A stretch of 64,000 nt of DNA from Iphione sp. A-MEVVRFRX5 (lineage: Eukaryota), in assembly GCA_976226885.1 (NCBI GenBank), contig OZ320317.1, positions 43,400,001 to 43,464,000 of the forward strand. Direction: 5' to 3'. Of this stretch, positions 13,381-25,553 are shown piece by piece (the stretch's first letter is position 1; each line of letters opens with the position of its first letter). Position numbers and translations under genes: made by a program. The notes under the pieces were generated by a model. The model did not search any database, was not told the origin of the DNA, and saw only the letters and a program-made list of their open reading frames with translations.

Positions 13381-16300
13381 ACCGTGTTCCCTGTTGTTAC
13401 AGTGGTTAGAGTATTATCTTTCAAGGTCATGGAAAGCATGCCTAACGGTGACATGTGGACATGGAAACCCAGCTTATCACAGCAGAAAAAACTGGCGAAT
13501 GTAAATTTGGTAAATTATTCTGCAAACAACAAGAGGTTATTTAAGCATAAAACTCACGTGTATCGAAAATGATATTGTTATAGCAAGAAGTCCCTAAAAA
13601 GCTGTATACTTTTCTCTTGTAATCTGAATAAAGAAATGTACACAGTTTCATATATGGGCAATTAACTGCCGCAATACATAAACTTTCAGGCTTTTCAATT
13701 TAGCATGCACATCATACATTTTTGCCCAAGGAAATGCTTTTCTTTCATGCAGGATACTGCCACAAATACCTTGGGCAGCAGTAATGATGCTTGATGAAGG
13801 CTTCAGGTTGGAGTTGGCCTGTTGTATATGGTTTCAGCAATTACCACTGTTGTCAGTTGTAACAAAAGACACCACGAGCAGGTTCTTCAATCGTCCAGCC
13901 TTTATTGCAGAATCAATGGCAGCAACAGGTTACAGAGTCATCACAAGCGAGTCCCGCTAGGGATGCGTACTTCTTTTCTTATATACACTTCCATGACGTA
14001 AACACGCTATCAGAAATATATGAAACTCGTTGTGTTATCTCCAGCAGATGTCTTTTAGACAGAGTACAATTAATCACCCATTGTGTCGACTCCAGTCGGC
14101 TATAGTATCGTATGTTCATTACCGACAATGGCTCACTAAGTGTAATTGTCACTTCGTTAATAAGATAAGGAACAATCTGTTTACAACTTAGGCGTCACGT
14201 ATGCCATGAAATATTTGAAACTGCGTCACCATTAAAGGCCCTTCCTTAACTACGTATAACTGTACACTTTACACACACAGTACGCCCTTTTCTCATGCAT
14301 ACATTCTTAATGCTAACCGTACTGTGTCCCACAGTTAAGACTGGAGTTCCATGTGTGTCCCTCACACATGAATGTTTGGTGTATATTTATTTCATTTTGG
14401 AGACAAGTGGTATGCTTTATGAAACGTCCCTTTCTTATCGTTTATTTCCACTCTCTTCCTTTTTTCTTCCTCCATCTGTCACTGTACATTCCTTCTTGAG
14501 ACGCTGTCTACTGCAAACGGATACTCTTTTCTCCTCGTTAAATGTAGACATTAGAAATTAAATGCAAATTGATCTTTGAAATATATGTGAAGGGTTCTAG
14601 CATCAATGGCCACAAGTCTCACGTCGAGCCACGGACTAATAAAATAACTCAAAAAATTATCAAAATCCAGTATCTATACTTGGGTTACAAGTAATTCCTC
14701 ACATGAACATCCCGAACTTACATTTGTCTACCCTTCTCTGAGAGCTGTTGAGGTGACAAAGCACTAGAGCATAGATACATTTACATGTACGTAAACGGTG
14801 TCAGCCAAGCCAGAATGCAATGATAGAATAATCAAGGAAAGCAAATGGCGTGTGTCCTCGCGACAATCTAATTGTTTCGTAACAAGCTCCTCGTGGGATT
14901 CGGCTCTCTCCTCGACTGATGATCAGTATAAACATACATTTCATCCAGAGCTCAATTGGAAGGGTAATTTCCTTTGACATTATTGCAGTCATTCACGGAC
15001 AACTAACATATATTATTTTAACATGTTTTAATAGGTCAAGATAGTTCAGTGCATTATGTCCTGCAGTTTGATTTAGAAAACGTGGGTTTATATCTCTCAG
15101 CAGGAAATCAGATCTCAATAAGCGTACTACAATGTACCAATAATTCATAACAGATATTAAAATGAAGAGGGCGCTTTATGTTTAAACTTAGAAATGTTTA
15201 TCGATATTGTAAAAAAAATTAAAAGTACACTTCTAATCAAAACGTTTACTAATTTATTTGATCTAAAATGGAAACAAACGGTCCATATAACTGTATCTAA
15301 AGAATGGAAGCAGCTAAGGACAAGCAGATTTAATCAGATTTGAAAATTTCACTTTAACCTTTGATACACTCATGAGAGTAAATTTTAGATTAATTTTCTT
15401 AAAATATGAATATTTCCTCACCTAACGTTGAACTGATACTGACCCTTATGTGATTAAGTTCTGACTAAATTTTACTAAATTGCCTATGGATATAAATAAG
15501 ACTACTCGGTGATAAACCAGTTGTATCTTGAATGATAGTCAACGTCAATCAACCCAAGGAGCTGAACAACTTACGCTTGTGATTGAGCACAGATAATTTG
15601 GACTTGGACGGCTTCATTGTGAGACCGTCTGATATCAATTAGTAAATACTTAGTGTTGGTACTGCCGAGTATAGTTTACATATGCACAGTAGAAACTATC
15701 CTTACGGTTACTACCTCAAGTGGAACACCTAACATATATGGTTGTCTCTACAGAATAAAGGTTTCCCTTATATAATCTATTTCATATATCCTTCTGAATT
15801 ACGGTCACGCACTGATGACTGGATATCACTCTTTGAAGACTCAGATGGGTGAATAACATGATACTCCCTCATTAGTTCTGTCCGGATGTCGTATAAACAG
15901 TGAGGAGTATTGGGGGTGTCATACAGGAGTGTAGAGACGCCCCTAACTTCATCCTGCTTTCCAAGCCTGTCACAAAGGTGACCCGGATGAGAGCAAGGTG
16001 AGAGGAAAGGTACAAGTACATTGGAACTATTCCTTAAGCACTATCCCCATGGGGGTAAATCTTCTGCACCCGCCACCTTTTGTGTGGACATTGGAAGGTC
16101 CGCTCAAAGGCAAAAAGATAAAACTATCCCCATGTATCTGAATTTCCCAGATCTGCCACCTTCTGCATGCAGGACGATCTGTGTTAGTCCAGGGATCCCA
16201 CACCATGCCACCTCCCCACCACCTTTTGCGTGGACGCAACTGGGTCAAATCACTCTCACGGGCACAAGACATACTGAGATTGACCAGCATTTCTGCACTT

Positions 16301-16980
16301 TGTTTACTTTTGATGGACACTGGTGTGTCGAATCAGCTGCAATTCGATCAACTTGAACTTGCGATTGGACATACATATAAATGCAATCATGGGCTGAAAG
16401 ACGTAAGTATGCCTAACGTCTCATGTTGCCTCTAAGGTTTTCTGCCTGAACTAAGATGTCTAATATTACATTGGTCCCAACACTCTGACAGGCCTTCAGG
16501 ACTACTTTCCCACTGGTCATGCTGGGAGTGACTCTAACACATCCTTACACATATCTGCCATGAACGAAATGGGCCTGGTTTTCTGTGCACTCCATGACAA
16601 CCCCCTCACATTCAAGGGATCTGATGAAACGGGAGAGAAGCAAAGCAAAGTGCATATAGGCGTGGATAGCTGTTGTTACAGGGCTGGCGAGTTCCTAAGC
16701 CATTTGAAATAGGAAAGGTTGAGAGGCTTTAGGAGCCTTAATGTGAAGGGCATTCCTCACATTAAAGGCTAAAGTGGCGAAATTCTCTTGGATGATCTAT
16801 TGACCCCAAAGGCCTTCATGTCTTATATCCTTCAGTGTGGTACATCTACTAGCTAATGCCATCTTTGTGGTTCAATCTTTGACAAAATAGTGATCCAGTG
16901 TATCAAGAAGGCTAACGTTTTGGATTTACCTTTTCATTAGTCATATGATGCCACATAATACATTTATCTACATACTATAA

Positions 16981-17227
16981 GGCGTAATTTTCGTGTATGC
17001 ATGAAGCATGTTTTCATGATTGTCTAGTGAACAACCCTTACTATGTCACCATGTTCATGTGTGTGCATGTAGCATGTTTGTCATGAAAAGCCTCAATAGA
17101 TAAGCATAGTTTCCATTGAAAACACTCTACCATGCCCATAAAAACACACCAGATTTGGATCTTTCATTGTGAAAACATGCCATCCGAGCGGTAAAACACA
17201 TACATACACGTATATAGAAATTAAGCC
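16981..17227. mobile_element. Harbinger-type MITE
   Basis: TAA|GGCGTAATTT...AAATTAAGCC|TTA; TWA target site. Confidence 0.55.
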
Positions 17228-18638
17228 TTACAGTCGAATGTGGTCAGAACCATGGGGCGTTTATATTATGGCAGGTGGCTGCATATATAGACATGTATAT
17301 GTATATGTCATTCAATAACATTTACCACATAGGGTGATATAAGCCTTATACAGTACAGTCGCTATTATTGACACTTTCAGTCATAATCGACCTTGACCGT
17401 ACTGAAGTGATTTCACTGTGCTTGGCACACCTTTTACACGATTCCACTAGAAATTACCCCCCTTCAATGCTATTATGAAAATAACATCGAAGCATTCGTG
17501 ATTCGAAGCATTCGTTCTTTTTTTGTTTGCAAGGGTACGACAGACGTACGCTGTGTCCAGTATTTTGGTGCTACCAACTATATCCGCGTGTCTGTACAAA
17601 CGCTTCTCATGGGGCGTACATAAAAAACACTCTATCAATAGTAAGCATTGGTGAGGGCAGCAGAATCGTATCGGCGGTTCGTTTCTCATTACTTTTTGTA
17701 GTCTAAATCATCATTTGATAAAGTGACCCTTGCTGATTGTTCCCTATAAGGATCACTTCTAACTTAAATAGTGAATCAGGGGTTTTGAGCAATCCGATAG
17801 CCGCTATAACCAGTGCATAAAAGAATGAGGACATTCTGATAAAGACAAAATGATAACACGAATCCTCATTCATGTTCACGATCTTTCCAAACATATCCAA
17901 AGCCCCATGAGTTTCCGACAACTGTTGAGGCTTTCCATATTTTCCAGGTTCTCTGTTCATCAAAAATGACTGCAACAAGACAGCAATGAACGAAAGAATG
18001 AATGGTCATTAAAATAAAAACTCTACATTACGGCAATTTATTAGGGTAATTCTATCAATTCGTTTCTTGAACCACATAAAATCGCAGCAGCGCAAGTTCG
18101 CCCTAGCAAGGTTCTTACATGACTCACCTGTTCGCTACTGGAGGAACCGGTGATAATGGACCGCCGCTGGAGTAAGTATGATGCTGCTGTACTCCAATTC
18201 TTCAGTAATATCTTTCATCGCGTACTCCATCCTGGCCAGGGTAAACTTGTGTGGATTAATCTGATCTTTTTTCGATTATTCCGTTCCTCTTAAAAGTGTC
18301 CCAAAGACAGCACGATGGGACTGGAGTTGATGGGCCGCACAGCATGTTCTGGTGAAGATTACGGAAGCAATCAGATTTCGTTCAGAATGTGCGAATCGTG
18401 TTGACAGTTACATTTGCTTTTACTGTGCGTTTTTGGTTTTTCAATGCCTATATCTACCTACAAATGTACCTTTCGATATGAAAAATTCCCCTTTTTTGTA
18501 GGTCGTTTTTGTCCTTTTACATATACTGTCCGTCGCATCAAGACTCATTCTCTTGCTTCAGCGTGATCCTCAGTCGTCATCGCCTCCTCTCCGACCATCC
18601 TCTGTGTTGTATCTATAAATCTCGTGCCAGCCACCCCC

Positions 18639-18641
<3 letters not shown>

Positions 18642-18682
<41 letters not shown>
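18642..18682 (+). repeat. (CT)n microsatellite in a long pyrimidine tract
   Basis: Read directly from the sequence. Confidence 0.95.
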
Positions 18683-18684
<2 letters not shown>

Positions 18685-20228
18685 GAATCTCTCTCGCTCT
18701 CTCCTCCCTGCTTCAGCTTCAGCCTTAGTTCTCTGTATCTCTCCCGTATCTGTATCTTGTCCATTAGTTTTCTGACTCTTTCTCGCCCCACAACTCCCTA
18801 TGCGTCTATCCCCTCATTTACTTTTTTCTCTCTCGTCCCCTCCTCCTTCTCTCACCTGTTGATCCGTCCCACCATGTCTTCCTGGTCCAGCGGGCAGAGT
18901 GTATCGCTGCTTCTCCCTGGAGCCAGAAGAAGTGATGCTGCTTGTGGTTGCATTCACTCCCGCTACACTGTTCTCTACCTGTTCAGCATGTAACGTAGTC
19001 CTAAGGATAGCATAAAGTGACCGCATTTGCCCCACGCGATGCCGTGGTATATTTCCGTTCTAGGACGTCCGAGCACTGCATCCAACGCTCTCACGTTTGT
19101 TAGAGACCCCTGGTGGATAGCACACACCGTACGTCGTCCGGCATCACCCCACCCAGCCAATCCGCCACCACGATAGTAGTGATTGATCGGATGTAACGGT
19201 GATTCTGATTGGTCCAGAGGTCAGCTGGTCCGGCGAGAGGCAGTCGCTTACGATGCAGCATGTCAGTATCAGGAGTAAGTGGGCGGGCGGGGAGCGTTGC
19301 CATGCCCACCGCCGATATAGCGCCTGAAAACAGTAACAAAGGTAGCACGAGTGACAACATCTGTTTGTGTGGGCGAGTGCAGAGAAGGATTTGTAATAAC
19401 GACTCTTGGAAAAATGCCTGTGTGGTTTCTATGTGCTGTTCTATTACATGTACTGTCGGGCCCCGGCAGGGCCTACATATATGTATAGGTGGAAACAGGT
19501 GGTAAAAGAATATGTGTGTATGCGTTAACATGTGTATTCTTAGATCTGTAAGAATTGAGGTTTATGGACACCATGGAAACTGTACATAAACATGAATAAC
19601 GACCATGACATTGAGATCTGCAGGTCAGTAGCAAGGACACAACTTGCCACTCCCAAGCAATTCCAAACAAGGATACAAGAAAGGTAGACTAATTGAGATC
19701 AAGGAGGTACGGAGCAACCTCTGAGAGCTTCATACTGATACGATGAAAGATAGGGAATAAACTGATGAAATGAAGTAGTCAGGAGAGAGAAAACACACTG
19801 TGGAAATTGGAAGAGAGAATGGTAGGCTTGGATAAGGGAAGAAACCTGTGTGCTGCTGAGTTAGAGGTACTTGTATAATTTGACATTAGGACACTCTTGA
19901 TCACTGACAGGTTGGAATCGTCAGTGGAAGTTGGGTTAGACAGTTACATTTACATCGTTTTGTTGAACTGATCGGCCGGCTTTCCATGTGTATGAATTTT
20001 TTTGGGCACTGNNNNNNNNNNNNNNNNNNNNNNNNNNNNNNNNNNNNNNNNNNNNNNNNNNNNNNNNNNNNNNNNNNNNNNNNNNNNNNNNNNNNNNNNN
20101 NNNNNNNNNNNNNNNNNNNNNNNNNNNNNNNNNNNNNNNNNNNNNNNNNNNNNNNNNNNNNNNNNNNNNNNNNNNNNNNNNNNNNNNNNNNNNNNNNNNN
20201 NNNNNNNNNNNNNNNNNNNNNNNNNNNN

Positions 20229-20480
20229 GCACTGATCGGAACGAATCCCACCCAAATCTGTGTGTATGCCAAGTTCTTTTTTGCACTGATCGGAAGGAAT
20301 TCTGCCAAAATCTGTGTAAATGGCAAGTTTTGTGTGCTGATCTGAAGGGATTCCACCCAAATCTGTGTAAATGGCAAGTTTTTTGCGTTGATCATGAGGA
20401 ATTCTGCCCAAATCTGTGTAAATGGCAAGTTTTTTGTGCTGATCAAAAGGAATTCCATCCAAATCTTTGTAAATGATGAG
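20229..20480 (+). repeat. 42-44 bp tandem repeat next to an N gap
   Basis: About 6 units of CCAAATCTGTGTAAATGGCAAGTTTTTTGTGCTGATC-GAAGGAATTC; the array probably continues into the gap at 20012-20228. Confidence 0.9.
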
Positions 20481-23269
20481 TTTTTTTATGCAAATGATAT
20501 ACAAAAATTTAATAGGAAAAGGGGCTTATTGTATGTGAAAATAGAAAGGAAGAATTCATTCTTGAAATCTTGAAAAGGGGAGGTAGGCTATTTTAAGGGC
20601 CAAAAATTCATGTTTTCATGCAAATAGGGGGGGGGGGTTAAATTGATCTCAAAATTCTTCAATAGGGGGTTTAAAATTTTTTGGAACGATCAGGTGCGTC
20701 CACTTTTTTTATCTGACTGAGGGGACTGGGCGCATATTATGTAATTATATAATTATATGTTTCAGGTAGCCTAGAGGGACTAAAGATGCTCAGCCTGTAT
20801 GACCAAGTGCTGTGAATGCACAAAACATGTACATGTACATGTACGCACATGTTTACATAGTCCAAGTCTGACTGCTGCTGGGTGCGAGTGTAATCGACTG
20901 TCACTCAAACGTTATATAAATACCCCTCCCTCTCAACATGACGCAAGGCGCACAACTACATGGAAACATATTTTCATATTCGAAACTGACGGAGCTACAT
21001 ATTGGGGCATACTGGTCACCTGAGGCCTGAAATAAGAAGTGATTGGTTCGTCCCAACCCCCTACCATAATATACCGGTATCAATTTCATTTGTCATCGGT
21101 TCAGCCTGAGGGAGACACGGAGACACGGAGCAATGTGTGAAAAGCATAGGGCCTAATTATCGTCCAAATGATCAAAGTCACTCTATAATCCTTGCTATTC
21201 ATAATTTAAAAACAGCCTTATTGAGGCGAAGGTAGGCTATGTGTGAGTGTGTGGCAAGGTAAATACATGTACACATAAATAGGCCTACCACAGAAGCAGA
21301 TAGACACACAATGCGGTTTACAGAAATGATCCACCTATTAAGGACCCAGACTCTTTTTTAAGCACTCATTTCTTCTATGTAGCGTTCCATTAGCTCTAGC
21401 AGATACATGTGTACACACGTCTCTAAGCTCAAGAACAAATGCAGCATCTCAGCTCTGGACCAGTGTGCAAAAAAAATGTCCTCTCTGTCTCTGTCTGTCT
21501 CTGTCTCTCTGTCTCTCTCTGCCCCCCCCCCCCCCCGATTCATTACGACCTCGATGGTATCGGAAATCCCCAAAGAACGGGTCCACCCTCTAGCGGTAAT
21601 TAATGGTACAAACCATTGGTGTTTCGACCCTAGGAGTCAGCACTTTCCAACTAGCGGGTCTTTAAGCGCTTTCCGACCCATTCTGCGGGGTTTTTTTTCT
21701 TCTTATTTTCTCTGTTTAGGGAGCTACAGAAGAAGGATATTCATTTAACCCAATTCCGATTTAGGCTGAATTTCTTTACCAACATGATTTCACAGCAGGT
21801 GTTTCCACAGCCATGTTTTCTAGGGTTGTCTGTGTTTTTGGCGAATTTCACTGTGGAGCATATTGTTTTCATGGGCATGTTTTCAGCAAAATACATAGGC
21901 CTATGATATACACGAAATACATGCAAAATCAGCTGGAAAACGGCAAAATTAACGTAATTTTTCCTAAATATAGTGGAAAATGACAGAATTCGTGGAAAAT
22001 CAGCTGAAACACGATGAAACTCATGCAAAATCGGCCCAAACACAATGAAATAAATGTAAAATTGGCAGAAACATAGAAAAATTCTTAAAATGTTTGCCGG
22101 AAAACAGCACAGTTGGTGAATACGAGAGAGGAAAAGTCAGGAAATAGCCTGTTTTTCCAGGAAACATCTAAACACTGATGCTTTTTTTACTTCTCACGAA
22201 AACAGTGGAAACACAAGCACGGCACTGTGAAATCTGGCAACTCTCCCAATCAGGCGTGTTGGAGTGTTTCCATGCCTTTGAAAACACACACCTAAGGATA
22301 AAAAAGGAAACATGCTAACACAGCTGTGCAAACGCACCTAAGGAAATTGGGAAATTGGGAAAGATGAGTAACTTGATCCTTCATAGAATCAATGATCTCC
22401 AGTAACCCGGCCCCTAATTAACAAGCCATCTGAAAGGGTGGGGGGGTATTTTTATTCAGGTGAAAGATTCATCATTTAAGTGTTTTTTTTTGTTTTGTTA
22501 TTATGTAATTATTGGTCTATATCTCTATCCACAGCATGTAGACACTCCAAAATCACCAAAGCTTTAAGTTACTGTCTTCTAGGTACATCCCTACTTTCAC
22601 TCCTAATTTGTGCACATATAGCTGTAAGTTACGAATGTTAGTCTAGCACTTGGTCAACAGAGTAACGTCTCAAGCAAGACCCCTTTGAATTGGCAGAGGG
22701 GGGTGCGGGGGGTGGAGAGGGGTATGAGTTAAAGTTACAGTTTGCAATATTGATGACTGTGGGGCTTCACTATTCAGGCAGACTGATTCTGGCTGAAGCC
22801 TTCTGTGTCGGTTTTTTTTTCGTGGTTAGCCACTCACTCGTCTGAAGAAGAGGTGGAGTGCACTGTTTGTCTGGTGGAGAGGTGTGCTGACAGGCCCTGC
22901 AGAGCACTACCGTGAATGCTTTGCCCTCAGGTATCTACTGCCGAAGATTATGTGCTGCCATGGGTTTAATTGACCCCAAGCCAGGGGGTTGGGTTCAGTT
23001 TCAACTCTGTAGTAACTCAAGTTCATTATGTGTACATGATGAGATTCTGTTAAAAGTGTTGAATTATTTATGCTATACTAAAATTAGCTGAGGCACTTCC
23101 TTTGCTTTTTCATAATTCTAAATACATGCTATGTTTCATGGCATTGAAATATCCAGGGGTGATAAAATGGGGATCATTTACCTAACTGATGTATGGTAAT
23201 TGTTCTAAATAGTCAGACTTAGTAACTCGCGAGAAGCGTGGTGCCCTCTCAGAGGGATAAAAGTCATAC

Positions 23270-23537
23270 GCGACATCACGTCAATCAATGGCATTAATCT
23301 TAAAGGAAAAGACAGAGAAACAAAGTATGTTATTAAACGTCAAAATTGTTTTCCGTTTCATTTTTTTGTGTTTCATTTTTTTCTCAGATTCAACTGTACA
23401 TATGTTTGTATTATCCAAAGAGTATGAGTATCATGCAGCAGCGACATTTGTAACAAGACAATTTCGTCTAAGTTCTCGATGTATCTCCTGGTACGATGCA
23501 TATGAGAAGATGGAATAAACTTGACTTGACTTGACTT
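23270..23537 (+). mobile_element. 5'-truncated LINE 3' end
   Basis: Ends AATAAAC followed by (TTGAC)3. Confidence 0.5.
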
Positions 23538-23712
23538 AAATATTTTTTTTCAACTTTCTGTGCACTCCTACCGTGCCTATATAGAAAGAACCAATGAAAG
23601 GCAATAGCAACAGCTGATGACACTGGCAATGAATCCAAAGCGGTACATGTATATCTATATGAGTGCAGTAGAAGTTGTTATTGTAATCATTAACGCAATG
23701 CAGTCTGCAGTA

Positions 23713-24009
23713 CAGTTTATCACTCTAATCATGAATTTAGAGAAAACATGCCCCCAAATGCCTGATTAAGGACCCCTTGACACATTTCAGCATAATAGAC
23801 CTGTATCAAAATAAAATATAATTTCACTGGCAAATACAGTGTCACTTCGCTAATAGTACCATCCTTGCTTCTGACCTCAAGTTGTCTGAATAGGGAGGGG
23901 TCTTATTAGAGACGAGTATTGATGTCCATATATGTAATTCTGTTCCTTAATAATGGTCTAATTGGGGAAGTGGTCTGGTTAGAGAGGTGGTCTTAGTCTG
24001 GGGACACTG
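23713..24009. mobile_element. Degenerate Tc1/mariner-type MITE
   Basis: TA|CAGT...ACTG|TA with subterminal GAGGTGGTCT repeats; a similar left end begins at about 24223. Confidence 0.45.
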
Positions 24010-24699
24010 TAGTTTTCAACATATTTTTCAGATACTCAAAATTAAATTTCACTGACCTGCTTCGATTTAATAATCAGCTTCAAACCTGGACAAGTCTGAA
24101 CATTCAAAATCAATTTCGCAAAAGGTTTAATTCACATTGAATTCAAAACGTCATATATTAGGTTATTGATGTGTGTCCCTTTTTGACACATGATCAAAGA
24201 TGCCGAAATGACCACTTAGACGTACAGTCAACTCCCACTTAGTGACCAAATCGCTGGGAACACCAGACCGGGGAAGAGACTACTTTCTCCAAGAACCGAA
24301 GAGTTCTCAGTACATTTCCTATGTGATGGGAGACCACAGGTGAGACCAGCTCAGAGAGGAGACCAGACCAGCTAAGGACCAGTCAAAAGGAGATCCAGAC
24401 ACAGCAAGGGAGACCGCAGAAACGACCAAATGGAGCTGGGCTCCCTTCAATAAGGTGATGGTCAGGTCCTTAGTTCAAAGGTCTTTTTAAAGAGGGTGAC
24501 AGTCAGGCCTGTGGCGCAAAATCATTAGTTCTCACCTCACTCAGCCTCGGGCCTATCCGCCCTCGGCTTCTGCGTGTAATCCCGAGGACTAAACGCAGAT
24601 AAAACACCACTTCGTCCTACATCTGCAAGGGTTTTCACTGGACCTCTACAATTAATACGTAAAGATTTTTACTGATATGAAATTCTTTGCACATGTATA

Positions 24700-24702
<3 letters not shown>

Positions 24703-24735
<33 letters not shown>
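24703..24735 (+). repeat. (TA)n microsatellite
   Basis: Read directly from the sequence. Confidence 0.95.
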
Positions 24736-24737
<2 letters not shown>

Positions 24738-25498
24738 ATCAGAGGCGTGATACGTATGTATCCTCAGATAAACCCCCCCCCCCCCCAAAGTATCATGTAT
24801 GTATGAGTGTAATTTATAAAGAAGGTGGTTTCATTGTGCACAGATCCCTCCTGAAAAAAGCACGAAGGCCCAAAACACATTTTCATATTTTTATTGAAGA
24901 ACATAAAAATTAAAAACTTTTCGGCAGAAATATTTTAATATTTAACAAAATATAACATATACTCTTTTTCACCATTCATCAAAGCAATTCCAAACTACAG
25001 TGTCCATGTGTCCACACATACAGACCATATGTACGGGTGTCGTATCACTGTGTTCTCCAGTGCACTAAGTTACCTGTACTCATCCCTTACTTAGGTCCAA
25101 TTGTACTAGTTCACAATTCCTATTTAGTTTTCGCCTCAAAGAGATGAGAAACGTTTCCTCAAATATATGAAGTACGTGTCACTTCTAACATAAAAGTCAT
25201 CATCATGAAATAATGGTTTGCCTTAGTCGGCGGCCCAAGCAGGCTTTCCTGTGTACCTGTCAATATTCCGTACAACATCCAACCAGTGTGAGAGATCTGT
25301 CGAGGTGACGTCTCAGTATTGTCGATGGACCCCATAATTGAGGCTTATAGTCAACCCCTTGGCAATGACCACACGAGCAGGCTGAGCTAGGCCTTGGTAC
25401 TAAAGGCAACAGGATCTGACGAGTGGTACTCGGCAGGGTGATCTTGTGATACTCGGCAGGAAGATCTGACGTGCAGATCAGCATCCAAAATTAAGACA

Positions 25499-25553
25499 TT
25501 ACGCGATGAAGTCGAGCGGTCGGTTGAAACCTCCCCGTCTGTTCATGTACTGT
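25499..25553 (-). CDS. SNRNP27: SNRNP27 last coding exon ([17 protein letters not shown])
   Basis: GTTTTTAG| acceptor; near-invariant C-terminal motif; TAA at 25501-25499. Confidence 0.97.

Noticed and set aside
16733-16770. About 15 bp imperfect hairpin (GCCTTAATGTGA...TCACATTAAAGGC)
   Set aside because: Short and isolated with no supporting context.
18509-19035. Ser/Leu-rich and Arg/Glu-rich ORFs on both strands
   Set aside because: Produced by the (CT)n microsatellite and the pyrimidine tract.
20229-20480. Regularly spaced repeats resembling a CRISPR array (also 50870-51063, 55604-55700, 62779-62995)
   Set aside because: Units are contiguous tandem copies without unique spacers, there are no cas genes, and the DNA is eukaryotic.
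19901-20504. ORFs of 77-185 aa in the ORF track
   Set aside because: They run through N gaps and the 42-44 bp tandem repeat, so the length is an artefact.
21796-22212. Possible TIR element (GTGTTTCCAC / GTGGAAACAC)
   Set aside because: The inverted repeat is only about 10 bp with no target duplication; probably an old MITE, but the boundaries cannot be supported.
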